Assembly (NCBI GenBank): GCA_050633305.1
Contig: JBOEGF010000007.1
Location: forward strand, 192,001 to 256,000
Length of the DNA stretch: 64,000 nucleotides
From: Nannocystales bacterium
GTDB lineage: Bacteria; Myxococcota_A; Polyangia; Nannocystales; Nannocystaceae
Direction: 5' to 3'
A model generated the notes under the pieces. The model did not search any database, was not told where the DNA came from, and saw only the letters and a program-made list of their open reading frames with translations. Of this stretch, positions 1 to 10,017 are shown in pieces (positions within the stretch are counted from its first letter, which is position 1; each line of letters starts with the position of its first letter). The position numbers were made by a program, and so were the translations under genes.

Positions 1-115
1 TTGTTGGATCTACGGAGATACGGCTGAGTCCGTTCGTGTACGCGCTCAGGAGTTCCGCGACGCGGGTGAGTCGGTCGGACGCGTAGCACGGCTCCGACCG
101 GTGGTGAGTCCTCAT
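1..115 (-). CDS. Possible N-terminal part of a gene running off the window start (MRTHHRSEPCYASDRL...)
   Basis: ATG at 115 with an open frame to position 1; no recognisable motif. Confidence 0.25.
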   Translation of the reverse strand, partial: MRTHHRSEPCYASDRLTRVAELLSAYTNGLSRISVDPT

Positions 116-181
116 CCTGGCGGGCTGAAGCACCCCCGAAACCTCTGAACCTCGCGACGCTTGCAGTCGCGACGGAGGTCG

Positions 182-1480
182 CTACTCACCGGCCGGGTCG
201 TCCGACGCATCCAGCCCCAGCGGTCCCATCACAAACCCCGGCGCCGCGGTCTTACCCGTGGCCTGGGTCTGCAGGTAGCTGGTGAGCGCGTCGTAGAGAA
301 TCTCCCGCGCTCTCTTCTGGGAGATGGCCAGCTTGGCGGCGAGCTCGAGCAGCAGGGCCTCCTCGCTCGGGTGGAGCTCACCGTCCAAGGCCGCAATGTG
401 GCTCAGTTGCACGAAGGCGGTGTAGGCCTCCTCGCTCGCGTTCTCCGAGAGCCACGCCGCCGACCGATCGAACATCTCCAGCGCGGCATCGGCTGACTTT
501 ACCTCGCCGATCGATGCCTCCGGGTCGGCACACAGGTGCAGCAGGGCCAATAGGAGGATGGTGGTTTGTTGTTCGGTCGCAGGCTTGCCATCGACGTGCG
601 TCACCAACAAACCACCGGCGATCAGCAAGTCACGCACGTGAATCTCGACCTCCTCGACCGCCTCGAACTCCATCAGCTGGGCAAGTTCGGCCACATCGGC
701 ATCGATGGTCCGCAGCTGCTCGGGCGAGCTTTCAAAGCCGCCGCGCTCACCAAACAAGGCCAACGCTCGCACCCGCACCGGAGTCACCGGGTGGCTGAAC
801 CGCGCCATCAGGTCGCGGCGCTCCAGGCGTTGCAGTGTTTCGAGTTGTGCCAAGAATGCGCCGATATCGTAACGCAAATGCTCAGGGCCCAGGCCGCTGG
901 CCATCTTGAAGAAGGCACTGACAATTGCACTCAGGTCGCCGTCGACTGCCGCATAACCTGCTCGGTCGGCGGAGAGCTCGGCCAGACGGTCCCAGGTCTC
1001 GAGGCGCCGCTCAAGCAGCGGAGGCAGGCGATCGTCTTGTTCGGTGAGCACGGCCTTGGCCAGCCGCGATTGATAGTGGTTGTAGCGAAGGTGCCCAAGC
1101 TCGTGGCCGAACACGAAACTGATCTCGGGGTCGGTCATCCGCTCCACGAGGCCACTGGTCACGGAAATGATGTGCGGCTTGTTCGCCGAAACGCTGTGCA
1201 ACGCAAACCCGTTGATCGCGGCGTTGGGCTCGACGAACAGCTCCACTGGTTCTTCGAAGTCGAGCTTGGTGCGTACCGTGTCGAGCAAGCCGGTCAGGCG
1301 CGGTGCGATCAAGGGGCTGAGCCGCATTTGGCGGGTGACCACCATCTCGTACCAAGGTGCCGCGGTCTGCTGCTCGAGGTATCGACGCAACACCTCGTCA
1401 AGTCCGTAGCGGTCGTAGAGGAGTTCGATGAGCTCCCGCTCGGTCGAAAAACGGACACAGTCCAAACGTTCGCAGGCCAC
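182..1480 (-). CDS. M48-family zinc metallopeptidase with C-terminal TerB-like domain
   Basis: HELGH zinc motif, AELSADRAG third-ligand motif, FSHP; C-terminal AALDGELHPSEEALL resembles TerB. Confidence 0.75.
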   Translation of the reverse strand: MACERLDCVRFSTERELIELLYDRYGLDEVLRRYLEQQTAAPWYEMVVTRQMRLSPLIAPRLTGLLDTVRTKLDFEEPVELFVEPNAAINGFALHSVSANKPHIISVTSGLVERMTDPEISFVFGHELGHLRYNHYQSRLAKAVLTEQDDRLPPLLERRLETWDRLAELSADRAGYAAVDGDLSAIVSAFFKMASGLGPEHLRYDIGAFLAQLETLQRLERRDLMARFSHPVTPVRVRALALFGERGGFESSPEQLRTIDADVAELAQLMEFEAVEEVEIHVRDLLIAGGLLVTHVDGKPATEQQTTILLLALLHLCADPEASIGEVKSADAALEMFDRSAAWLSENASEEAYTAFVQLSHIAALDGELHPSEEALLLELAAKLAISQKRAREILYDALTSYLQTQATGKTAAPGFVMGPLGLDASDDPAGE

Positions 1481-1672
1481 GAGTGAGCCACGCTAGTCGC
1501 TGCGCGCGGCTGGTGCCAGCGAAGTCTCTGCGTTCACCGCTGTACGCAACGACGGCATCGAAGTCTCGGCCGTCGTGGCCCGCGCCGAGGCAGTCCAGCG
1601 GTCCAAGGGGAGTGGTCAGGAGGCTCTGCCCAGCCCCGAGCGGATCCGTGTCGTGTAGGGTCCGAGCGACCC

Positions 1673-2989
1673 ATGCCCACCGCCCTCCCACGCCTGACGC
1701 GAACCGCTGTCCTCACGCTCGCGTGGCCAGTCGTCCTCGCCCAGGCCGCCACGGCGCTCACCGGCGTCGTGGACACCATCGTCATGGGCCGGGTCGGTGG
1801 CAAGTCAGACCTCGCGGCGGTCGGCGTGGCCGCAGTCATCTTCTCGTTCGTCTACTGGGCGTTCGGCTTCCTGCGGATGTCCACCACGGGTCTCGTCGCG
1901 CAGGCCCAAGGCGCGAACGACCACGCTCAAGCCCGCGCGCACTTGGTCCGCGCCCTCATCGTCGCCGCCACCATCGGGGCCCTCATCGTCCTCGGCGCAC
2001 GACCGATCGAATGGGTCGCACTCGCCTCCTTCGACGCAGCCACTGACGTCGAGCTGCTCAGCGGCGAGTACTTCCGCGCCCGAGTCTGGGGAGCCCCAGC
2101 CGCCCTGATGGGCTACGCGGTCACGGGCTACCTGCTCGGCACGGGTCGCACCCGAGCGCTGCTGGCCTTCCAAGTCGTGCTCAACGTGACCAACGCGGGG
2201 CTGGACGCCTGGCTCGCGGGCGCGCGGGGCTGGGGACCCGCGGGCATCGGCGCGGGCACGGCGAGCGCGGAGTGGGTGTCGCTGGGCTTTGGAACGTGGT
2301 TGGTCCGCGATGCCTTACGGGCGCCCGCGAAGCTCTTCGACCGCGACAAACTCTGGGCGCTGCTCTCGGCAAACCGCGACATCTTGATCCGCACCCTCGC
2401 GCTTCTGTTTTGCTTCGCCTGGTTCGTCAACTCGGGTGCGGAAGTCGGCACCGCCGCACTCGCGGGCAACGAGGTCTTGCTGCAGTTCATCGCAGTGGCG
2501 GCGTTCGTCCTCGACGCGTTCGCATTCGTGGCCGAGAAGGAGATCGGTGAAGCGGTCGGCGCGGGCAGCCGTGACCGGGTGCGCCAAGCGATGCGCGTGA
2601 CCAGCGAGCTCGCGCTCACACTGGGCGTGGTCATCTCGGTGCTCTTCTTCGCCATGGGCCCTCCGCTCATCACGTGGATGGTTGCCGACGCTCAGGCCCG
2701 ATCCATGGCGCTGACCTACCTGCCCTACTGCGCGGTGGTCCCGGCGCTCGGTGTTCCAGCATGGCAGCTCGACGGGGCGTTCTTGGGCGCGACGCAGGGC
2801 CGCGCGCTGCGGACGTCCGCGGTGATCGCGACGGCGGTCTACCTCGGACTCGACCTTCTGCTCGCTCCGCGGTTCGAGAACGCGGGCGTCTGGCTCGCGT
2901 TCGTATCGATGTACGTTGTCCGCGCGCTGGCCCTTGGGGCACACTGGCCGGCGCTTCTCCGAGGCGTCGAAAAACCGACCGAGTCTTGA
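1673..2989 (+). CDS. MATE family efflux transporter (DinF-like)
   Basis: About 12 hydrophobic segments; VDT..G, FLRMSTTGLVAQA, LDAFAFVAE, DGAFLGAT motifs. Confidence 0.92.
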   Translation: MPTALPRLTRTAVLTLAWPVVLAQAATALTGVVDTIVMGRVGGKSDLAAVGVAAVIFSFVYWAFGFLRMSTTGLVAQAQGANDHAQARAHLVRALIVAATIGALIVLGARPIEWVALASFDAATDVELLSGEYFRARVWGAPAALMGYAVTGYLLGTGRTRALLAFQVVLNVTNAGLDAWLAGARGWGPAGIGAGTASAEWVSLGFGTWLVRDALRAPAKLFDRDKLWALLSANRDILIRTLALLFCFAWFVNSGAEVGTAALAGNEVLLQFIAVAAFVLDAFAFVAEKEIGEAVGAGSRDRVRQAMRVTSELALTLGVVISVLFFAMGPPLITWMVADAQARSMALTYLPYCAVVPALGVPAWQLDGAFLGATQGRALRTSAVIATAVYLGLDLLLAPRFENAGVWLAFVSMYVVRALALGAHWPALLRGVEKPTES

Positions 2990-3254
2990 CGCGGTCCTCG
3001 TCGCTGCTACACCTCCTGCTCCACGGCGACGCACGAGGGCAGGGGCCTCGGACCGTCATGGGTACGCAAGCATTCTGCTGCGTGCGAACCGGCGCGGCCC
3101 AAGCCAGCGCCCCATTCGAAACGCGGGGTCGGGCGACTTGTCGTCACCGACAGTTCCCCAGAGAAGCCGCTCGCCCGAGTCAGAACGAGGTCTCTATGCA
3201 ACGCAACTCCAATCAAACCGACGTCAGCCCCCTGTACGGGGCTGGCTGAGACTT

Positions 3255-3294
3255 CTCGAAGGGAGGCGCAATCGCGTGGCTCCCTTCGGGTTTT
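3255..3294 (+). terminator. Intrinsic terminator
   Basis: CGAAGGGAG/CTCCCTTCG stem followed by TTTT on + strand. Confidence 0.6.
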
Positions 3295-3298
3295 GCAC

Positions 3299-4537
3299 TC
3301 ACAAGGACGGAGGGCAGTCCGCCTCTGAGGCACCGTTCGCGTCGTAGAACGGGTGGGTGGCCGGCAGTTCGTCACGCAGGTCCCAGCGACACGCGAGCTG
3401 GCCTTCGATGACCTGTCGCTGCGCTCCACTGGGGGACGGTGAGTACACGCGGAACTCGTACAGGACAGCGTCGTTGCCGTTGCCGACCGAGACCGCACTG
3501 GCGTTGGCCGTACGGGATTCAGCTTCGGATGCTTCCTCGGCGCCGTCGATGAAGATCAACCGCTGAGCACTCTCCGCAGAGTTCACGAAGCTGAACAGGT
3601 GTGTTTCGCCGACCTCGATGACGTTGAGCGCGGTGGCGATCCGTGCGGCGTTTCCACTGCCGCCGATGTCGAAGATGACGCGCCGGTCGGAGTTGCCCCA
3701 CGGGATGTGGCTCGAGTACCGGCCGCCGCCCTGGCTGGGATGGTTGAGGTTGAAGTCGAAGGAGTTGCGACTGTCGACCTCTTCTTGGACCATGAAAATG
3801 GCGACGTCCGCGAGTGGTCCGTTGAACACGTCGCTGTCCGAGACCATGCTGTCGTTGCTGAACTCCACCCCGTCGCTGTCCTCGCGATAGTTCGGCTGGC
3901 CGCCCTCGTCGAGGAACATGCCCCCTGCGGAGCCCTTGTTGGTCCAGCAGTAGACCTGTTGCCCGTCGGTCGGGGGACTTTCGCTGCACTCGTCGTTGCG
4001 GAAGAGCGTTGCGTCGTCGAGGGCGTCGAGCCAGACTTGAGGCTGCTGGAGGCCGCAGGCCGAGGATGGGGTGCAGAAGCCGGTGGTGCAGTCGGTCCCG
4101 ACCAGGCAGCTCTCCTCGAACTCGCACGGAGAACACGAGCCGCCGCAGTCGACGTCGGTTTCGTCGCCGTCCATGGTCTCGTTGTCGCAGCTCACCGGCG
4201 AGGCGGTCGACTCGGAGTCGGTGGTCTCCTCGCCGCCGGTGGTGTTCGAGGCGTCGGTTGTTTCGGTGCTCGGGCCTGCGGTCGTCGCGGAGTCTGTGGT
4301 GTCGGTCCCCGGGGTGCTTGTTGCTGTGGTGGGAGCGGTCGTCGATGTGCTTGCTTGCCCGCCGGTTGCAGTCATCGCTGTTGCGTTCGAGTCACCGCTG
4401 GTGGGGCCCCCGGTGGTTGGGGAGGGTGCGTTTGTCTCTCCAGACCCCGCGGTCTCTCCGTCGGTATCGTTCCCGACGAAGTCCGTGCAACCCATCGTCA
4501 GGCACAACGCGACCCATGGCCCCAAGCTCCAGCGCAT
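3299..4537 (-). CDS. Lipoprotein with Thr/Ser-rich linker, Cys-rich repeat and LamG/ConA-like domain
   Basis: Lipobox LTMGC; CDNETMDGDETDVDCGGSC repeat; WLDA.D...W.NK and 'IEGQLACRW...LPATHPF' C-terminus. Confidence 0.7.
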   Translation of the reverse strand: MRWSLGPWVALCLTMGCTDFVGNDTDGETAGSGETNAPSPTTGGPTSGDSNATAMTATGGQASTSTTAPTTATSTPGTDTTDSATTAGPSTETTDASNTTGGEETTDSESTASPVSCDNETMDGDETDVDCGGSCSPCEFEESCLVGTDCTTGFCTPSSACGLQQPQVWLDALDDATLFRNDECSESPPTDGQQVYCWTNKGSAGGMFLDEGGQPNYREDSDGVEFSNDSMVSDSDVFNGPLADVAIFMVQEEVDSRNSFDFNLNHPSQGGGRYSSHIPWGNSDRRVIFDIGGSGNAARIATALNVIEVGETHLFSFVNSAESAQRLIFIDGAEEASEAESRTANASAVSVGNGNDAVLYEFRVYSPSPSGAQRQVIEGQLACRWDLRDELPATHPFYDANGASEADCPPSL

Positions 4538-4632
4538 ACGGCCTACGCTAGCAGCTGCATACGCGCGGACGCCGTCGGTTCCCTTACGTTTCAGGACCGC
4601 GGGTCCGTGAAACCGGCTCTCGGCGGGCGGTT

Positions 4633-5628
4633 CTAGAAGCGGAGGTTCGCGGAGACGCCGCTGTAGTCCATGGAGAGCTGGGGGGCGAGCGTGAACTCGA
4701 CCCTGGCAGCCTTCTCGACGCCGTAGTTGCGCTCGTAGTTGCGTCGCTCTTTCTTGTAGGTGACGCCATAGGTGAGCAGGCCCGCGCCGCCCGCGATGGC
4801 AGAGGACGTCAGCTGGTGCATGCCGTACAAGAGCGCGTTTCGGTTGGCGTAACAGTCGAAGAACTCGTCGGTCTGGGTGTCGGCACCGTCGAGGCAGTTG
4901 GCCGCGATCCCGTTGACCGGGTTGATCGAACGAATCCGGATCACTGCGACGATAGTGCGACCGATCGCACCCGCAGCGAGCAAGCCGGCGCCCGTTCCGA
5001 TGAACACGCCCGGCTTGCGCTGAACCTCACCGGTCTTGACGGAGCGAGCAGCGTCGTACTTCGCCCGGACCGCTGCTGCGCCGGGTGCAAGGCCCCAGTT
5101 GGCCGCGTTCGGTAGGGCTTGAAGCACCCAGAGTCCCGCGTTCCCGCCTCGGGCCGACAAGAAGCACTCGGTTGCCGCGTCTGTCACGCTCTCGAGGTCG
5201 TCTTCAGACACGCTCGTCACGTCCACGCTGTCGGCGGTGCACAGCCGCTTGATTCTGGAGATCCGCAGCCCCATCACGCCCCACGCGAGCGCGCCGACGC
5301 CACCAGCCGTGGCCATGAGGCCGATGCCTTTCTTGTTTGGGATGACGATGTCGTCGATGGTCTTGGGCGCGGTGGGTCCAGGCGGGAGCGGTGCGGCTGC
5401 CTGAACCGGCGCGGCGGGTTGGACCTCCGATGGACTCGCTTCGGCGGCGGGCGTGTCGAGGGACTCGTCTTGCTGGCCGTCCACTGCGTCCGCGGGTTCC
5501 CCGGGAGCTTCAGCATCATCGCCCCAACTCGCGTCGGCCTCGGGCTGCGCGAGGATGCTCGCCAGGTGAGTCGGGGCGACCGAAGCGGTGGTCAGCAGAG
5601 CGGCGGTCATCAACGCAGTCGGCAGCAC
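4633..5628 (-). CDS. Hypothetical secreted/membrane protein
   Basis: Signal-like N-terminus, Pro/Ala-rich linker, Gly-rich hydrophobic segments, terminal Phe; start uncertain (5628 or 5610). Confidence 0.6.
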   Translation of the reverse strand: MLPTALMTAALLTTASVAPTHLASILAQPEADASWGDDAEAPGEPADAVDGQQDESLDTPAAEASPSEVQPAAPVQAAAPLPPGPTAPKTIDDIVIPNKKGIGLMATAGGVGALAWGVMGLRISRIKRLCTADSVDVTSVSEDDLESVTDAATECFLSARGGNAGLWVLQALPNAANWGLAPGAAAVRAKYDAARSVKTGEVQRKPGVFIGTGAGLLAAGAIGRTIVAVIRIRSINPVNGIAANCLDGADTQTDEFFDCYANRNALLYGMHQLTSSAIAGGAGLLTYGVTYKKERRNYERNYGVEKAARVEFTLAPQLSMDYSGVSANLRF

Positions 5629-5829
5629 GCAACCAGAGTAGGGCTCCCAGGCTTCGACACGCAACGCTATCGCCAGCGTCTTCGACGGCCCCGTGCCCCC
5701 CGACACAGATGGCGGCGGCAATGTGAATACGTCCTTGGGGGGTCGTATGTGGCAACTTGCAACGTTGCTCCCGGTCGCCGGCCGTCGGGCTTCGCCTCGC
5801 CGGCCATAGGCCGGTACCCTCACCGCTCC

Positions 5830-6756
5830 ATGGTTCGCTCGACGCGATTGGCATGCTTGTGCGCCTGTCTACTTGCTGCCGGTTGTACCGATCGTGTGAT
5901 CGTGCAGAGCGGCTCGGCTGTGGACACGGAGCCACCGGAGGACGAGGAACCTCCGGCAGACGATGATGGGCCCTCGGACGACGAAGAGCCCGTTGATGAC
6001 GAAGAGCCGAGCGAGGACGACGATGCGCCGGCGGTTGACTGTGTCGACCAGTTCATCGACGCCCGGGAGCTTCCGCTCTCGCTCGAGGGGGCCTTCGCTC
6101 CTGGGGGCAGCCGGTTTCAGCCATCGTGCGTGGGGGCGGTCAGCGGCGAGCTGACGTTCTCATTCACCGCGCCTCGGGGTGCGAACTATCTGTTCGACAC
6201 CCAGGGCTCCAGCTTCGACACGGTTCTGTACGCGTTGGGTCCGACGTGCGAGCCCCCAGAGCTGGCGTGCAACGACGACTACGACGACCTGACCTCGCAG
6301 ATCGGTCTGGGAATGTTGGCCGGGGAGACGGCGGTGATCGTCATCGACAGCTTCGGGGCCACGGGGGAGTGGAGCTTGCAGGTGAGGGAAGGCGGGATCT
6401 GCCCCACTGAGACGCTCGACCCGAATCCCGAGGTGTACGTTGAGGGGGTCCTCGATTCGACGCAGCTGGACTCCGTTGTCCCCAGCTGTGCGGGGGCTGG
6501 GCCGGACGTCGTCTACACGTGGACGCCCCCGTTTTCAGGTCGCTGGAGGATCTCGACGGCCGGCTCGAGCTTCGACACCGTCCTCGCGGTGTTCTCGGAC
6601 GACTGCGTCACCGAACTCGCGTGCAACGATGACGGGCCGAATGACGTCTCCTCGATGCTCGATTTGGAGCTGGACGCGGGGGTGCCGGTGGCCATCGCCG
6701 TCGACTCCTTCGGTGACGAGAGCGGGAGCTTCCAGCTCTCGATCTTCCCCTCGTAG
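5830..6756 (+). CDS. Lipoprotein with acidic linker and two tandem PPC-like beta domains
   Basis: Lipobox LAAGC; duplicated PSC..G...GSSFDTVL...ELACNDD...DSFG unit. Confidence 0.75.
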   Translation: MVRSTRLACLCACLLAAGCTDRVIVQSGSAVDTEPPEDEEPPADDDGPSDDEEPVDDEEPSEDDDAPAVDCVDQFIDARELPLSLEGAFAPGGSRFQPSCVGAVSGELTFSFTAPRGANYLFDTQGSSFDTVLYALGPTCEPPELACNDDYDDLTSQIGLGMLAGETAVIVIDSFGATGEWSLQVREGGICPTETLDPNPEVYVEGVLDSTQLDSVVPSCAGAGPDVVYTWTPPFSGRWRISTAGSSFDTVLAVFSDDCVTELACNDDGPNDVSSMLDLELDAGVPVAIAVDSFGDESGSFQLSIFPS

Positions 6757-6765
6757 AGAGGCCCG

Positions 6766-9700
6766 CTAGGACGGCTCAGGGCGGTAGCGGTTGGTCACAC
6801 CGAGCCCCGCGGGCGCTAGCTGGTCGGTGAATCGCTCGTACTCTCCTCCGGTCAGCACTCGGAGTAGGCCCGCCTCGTCCGTTGGTTCGTAGGCGCCCGA
6901 GAGGTTCCGGGCGCGCATGACCAGGTCTCGGGCGCGGGCTTGGTCGTTGCCGCTGATGTACAGCGCCTGGCCCAAGAGCAGAGAGGCCTCGGCCAGGTTC
7001 AGGTCGTCCTCCGCTTCGTCGGTCCGAAGCTCCAGCGCTCGTTCCAAGTGGGGGAGGGCATCCAGGGGGGTGCCTGTCTCGAGCATGGTCCGGCCGAGGC
7101 CGGTGAGCGCATAGGCGACCAAGGGGTGTTCTTCACCCATCGCGGCCTCCCAGACGCCCAACGCGAGCGCGTAGTGCTCGCGGGCAGACTCCGCTTGCCC
7201 GGTCGCCCACAGCGAGTTCGCCAGGTCGAGGTGCGCGTAGCCGAGGTCGGTGTGTCCCGGAGGCAGGGTCTTGGTCCACACCTCGAGCCCCCGGCGCAGG
7301 TGGGGGAGCGCTTCGGTGTGTCGTCGCTGGTCGGCAAGTGCGAGCCCGAGGTTCAAGCGGGCATAGCCAACGTCCCGATGCGTTGTCCCGAGCGCGCGCT
7401 CGAGCATGGCTACGGCACGCGCGTGCAGCCGCGCAGCGGCGTCGAACTCTTCTTGAGAGCGTTGCAACGTACCGAGCTGGTCGAGGCAGCGTGCGAGGTC
7501 GACGGGATGCTCGATGGCGTCGAACACCGCGGCGGGGACGGCCGGCTCACCTCCCGCAGCGGGAAGGTTGGCGAGGCTCATCGCGCCGTCGCGGTCGAGG
7601 AGCATTCGGGCGCGGACGAGCGTGCCCTCCACGGGCTCGGGACCGAGGTGTCCCTGCATGGACGACGCGAGGCGAAGCAGTGAGCGCGCCACCTCGGGGT
7701 GCGAGGTTCCAAGGACCTGCTCGCGAATGGATACGCTTTCGCGATGGTTGTTCGACGCGCGGGCATACTGACCCATGCCTTCGAGAGCCGCGCCGAGCCA
7801 CGCGTGGGTGTCGGCACTCCGAACGTCTCCGGGCGGGAGGTGTGCGTTCTGGATCTCCAGCGCCTTGGCGAACTGCTGGAAGGCCATGTCGTAGGAGCCC
7901 TCCGCTTGGGCGATCTTGCCCAGCCCCGAGAGCAACTGCGCGCGGGCAAGCGGGTTGTCGCCCGCGCGGGCGATGGCGGCCTCCGCTCCCAGGGCGATGC
8001 GGTCTCCCTCTGCGTACAGACCCTGCCGAAGGGCGACGATGTCCATGGTGAGCGTCCATGCGGCGGCTTCGACATCCGCACGGCCGCTCTGTGCGGCGAG
8101 GAGGATGGACTCTCGGAGCTTCGCCTCGGCCTCGGTGGCCTCGCCGAGTTGCAACAGGGCCTTTGCGCTCAGCAGAGAAGCCTCGCTTTGCAGTCGCGTG
8201 GCGCCGATGTTGGATGCACGCCCGTAGGCGCGATCGACGGTCTCCTGCGCTTTGGGGTGTCCCAATGCGAGTTCGACACGACCGCGTCCAAGCAAGACAT
8301 GCACATCGTTGAGCTTGCCGCGGCGGGCGGGCTCAGCGGTCAGGCGCTCGTCGGAGTCGTCGTTGCGCCCCACGCTCGTACAGGTTGCGGGAGCGGGGAG
8401 GGACTGCACAGCCTCGGCTGCGTGGAGCAGGGATGCCTCGACCCCGCCCTCGGATTCGAGTTGCCGCAGCAACAGGTCCAGATCGGCCTTGCGGTCTTCG
8501 AGGCATAGGAGGCCCGGGTCGTCGAAGCGGGGGGTTCGCCGGACGCGGGCGCGGGCATCGGCCGTGCACCGGACGTCGTACACCGTCGTCCACGCGCTGG
8601 CGTACTGGTCGAGGGCCCGTCCCATCGATTGCCAGGTCGCTCCTGCGAACGGGGCTGCCGCCGCGTCGAAGCGGGCGCCAAGGGAAGCCCGACGATCCGA
8701 GTTCCAGATGCCGTCAATGGTTTCGCTGGACGCCTTGCACGCCTCGAGCCGGTTGGACCGCGTGCCGAGATACACCGCGGTGATCAGCCCGCCGATCCCC
8801 ACCGCGATGCCGGCGACGAGCCAAGGGTGTCGCGCCTGCGGAGGGTCCCGCTGGAGCTCCGCGAGCAGGGCGTCCATGGAGGGGTGCCGGTCTTGGGGAG
8901 AGACGGCCAGGCCTCGTACCACCACGGCGCGTAACCACGACGGCACCTTGTTGTCTCGCGGCGGGCTTCGAATCGTCCCGTCGAGGACGTTGATCGCCAG
9001 GGAAGCCATGCTCGCGCCTTCGAACGGACGCTCGCGGTACAGGGCCTCGTACAGCGCCACACAGAAGCTGAACTGGTCGGTTTGCGGTCCGATGTGCTCG
9101 CCGCGGTGTTGCTCGGGAGCCATGTACGCCGGCGTCCCCAGCATCGCGCCGGTGCGGGTGAGGCTGAGGTTGAGGTCCCGCGTCTCCCCAGCGCCAGAGC
9201 TGCTCGCCGCGCGGAGCTCTTGGAGCTGGTCGGCGATGGGACCGGTCCGCAGCGTCGTGCGGCGGGCGAGGCCGAAGTCCATCACCAGAACACGGCCGTC
9301 GAGTCCCATGAGGACGTTGTCCGGCTTGAAGTCGCGGTGGACCAGACCCGCTGCGTGTGCAGCTCCGAGACCCCGACCGGCGCGAACAAACGCATCGACC
9401 AGCTCTGGCCAGCTGCGCTCGCTGTCCATCCAATCGCGAAGCGTGGAGCCCTCGATGAACTCCATCGCCACGAACACCCGTTCGCCAAACGTCCCAACGT
9501 CGTGGACGGTGATGACGTTGAGATGGCTCAGCTTGGCCATCGCCTGGGCTTCGCGCAGGAGTCGGGTCCGGCCACCGGAGTCCGAGCTTCCGTCGGGACC
9601 GGCGTGCATGACCTTCAGCGCGACGCGGCGATCCAGCTGCGGATCGAAGGCTGCATACACGACCCCCATGCCACCCGCCCCGATGCGCTCGAGCACGGTG

Positions 9701-9852
9701 TAGCGCCCCACGCTGTCCCCGCGCCGCAACGGCTCGCCCTCTCGGTCAGGCGGCCCCACCTCGCCGAGACTCTCCGAGGACTCTCCTGCGAGCGTGGCAA
9801 CGAGGCCATCGGCCAACGACGCGCCCGAGGGCGGTGCTTCAGAATCGGACAT
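6766..9852 (-). CDS. Membrane Hanks-type Ser/Thr kinase with C-terminal TPR repeats
   Basis: GAGGMG, VALK, HRDFKPDN, DFG, GTPAYMAPE; TM segment; TPRs (LGTSHPEVA). Start reassigned to MSDSEAPP. Confidence 0.93.
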   Translation of the reverse strand: MSDSEAPPSGASLADGLVATLAGESSESLGEVGPPDREGEPLRRGDSVGRYTVLERIGAGGMGVVYAAFDPQLDRRVALKVMHAGPDGSSDSGGRTRLLREAQAMAKLSHLNVITVHDVGTFGERVFVAMEFIEGSTLRDWMDSERSWPELVDAFVRAGRGLGAAHAAGLVHRDFKPDNVLMGLDGRVLVMDFGLARRTTLRTGPIADQLQELRAASSSGAGETRDLNLSLTRTGAMLGTPAYMAPEQHRGEHIGPQTDQFSFCVALYEALYRERPFEGASMASLAINVLDGTIRSPPRDNKVPSWLRAVVVRGLAVSPQDRHPSMDALLAELQRDPPQARHPWLVAGIAVGIGGLITAVYLGTRSNRLEACKASSETIDGIWNSDRRASLGARFDAAAAPFAGATWQSMGRALDQYASAWTTVYDVRCTADARARVRRTPRFDDPGLLCLEDRKADLDLLLRQLESEGGVEASLLHAAEAVQSLPAPATCTSVGRNDDSDERLTAEPARRGKLNDVHVLLGRGRVELALGHPKAQETVDRAYGRASNIGATRLQSEASLLSAKALLQLGEATEAEAKLRESILLAAQSGRADVEAAAWTLTMDIVALRQGLYAEGDRIALGAEAAIARAGDNPLARAQLLSGLGKIAQAEGSYDMAFQQFAKALEIQNAHLPPGDVRSADTHAWLGAALEGMGQYARASNNHRESVSIREQVLGTSHPEVARSLLRLASSMQGHLGPEPVEGTLVRARMLLDRDGAMSLANLPAAGGEPAVPAAVFDAIEHPVDLARCLDQLGTLQRSQEEFDAAARLHARAVAMLERALGTTHRDVGYARLNLGLALADQRRHTEALPHLRRGLEVWTKTLPPGHTDLGYAHLDLANSLWATGQAESAREHYALALGVWEAAMGEEHPLVAYALTGLGRTMLETGTPLDALPHLERALELRTDEAEDDLNLAEASLLLGQALYISGNDQARARDLVMRARNLSGAYEPTDEAGLLRVLTGGEYERFTDQLAPAGLGVTNRYRPEPS

Positions 9853-10017
9853 CCGCGCGAGTCCTGAGCATGCCGCACCGAGGCCCGAACCCACAACGTC
9901 AACCACCGCCGACGGACCCCAGATGGAGACCGGTCGCACCGGGATCGGTGCCGTCCGCACATTCTGGGCCGCATCGGTGGAGACAACGACGAGCGCTCGG
10001 GGCAAGATCAGCGGGCC

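Noticed and set aside
3040..3294. tmRNA or c-di-GMP-I riboswitch (CCATTCGAAA; GGGGGCTGA on - strand; short ORF plus hairpin)
   Set aside because: No T-arm or CCA end, no ..LAA tag frame, and the GAAA loop lacks a complementary stem
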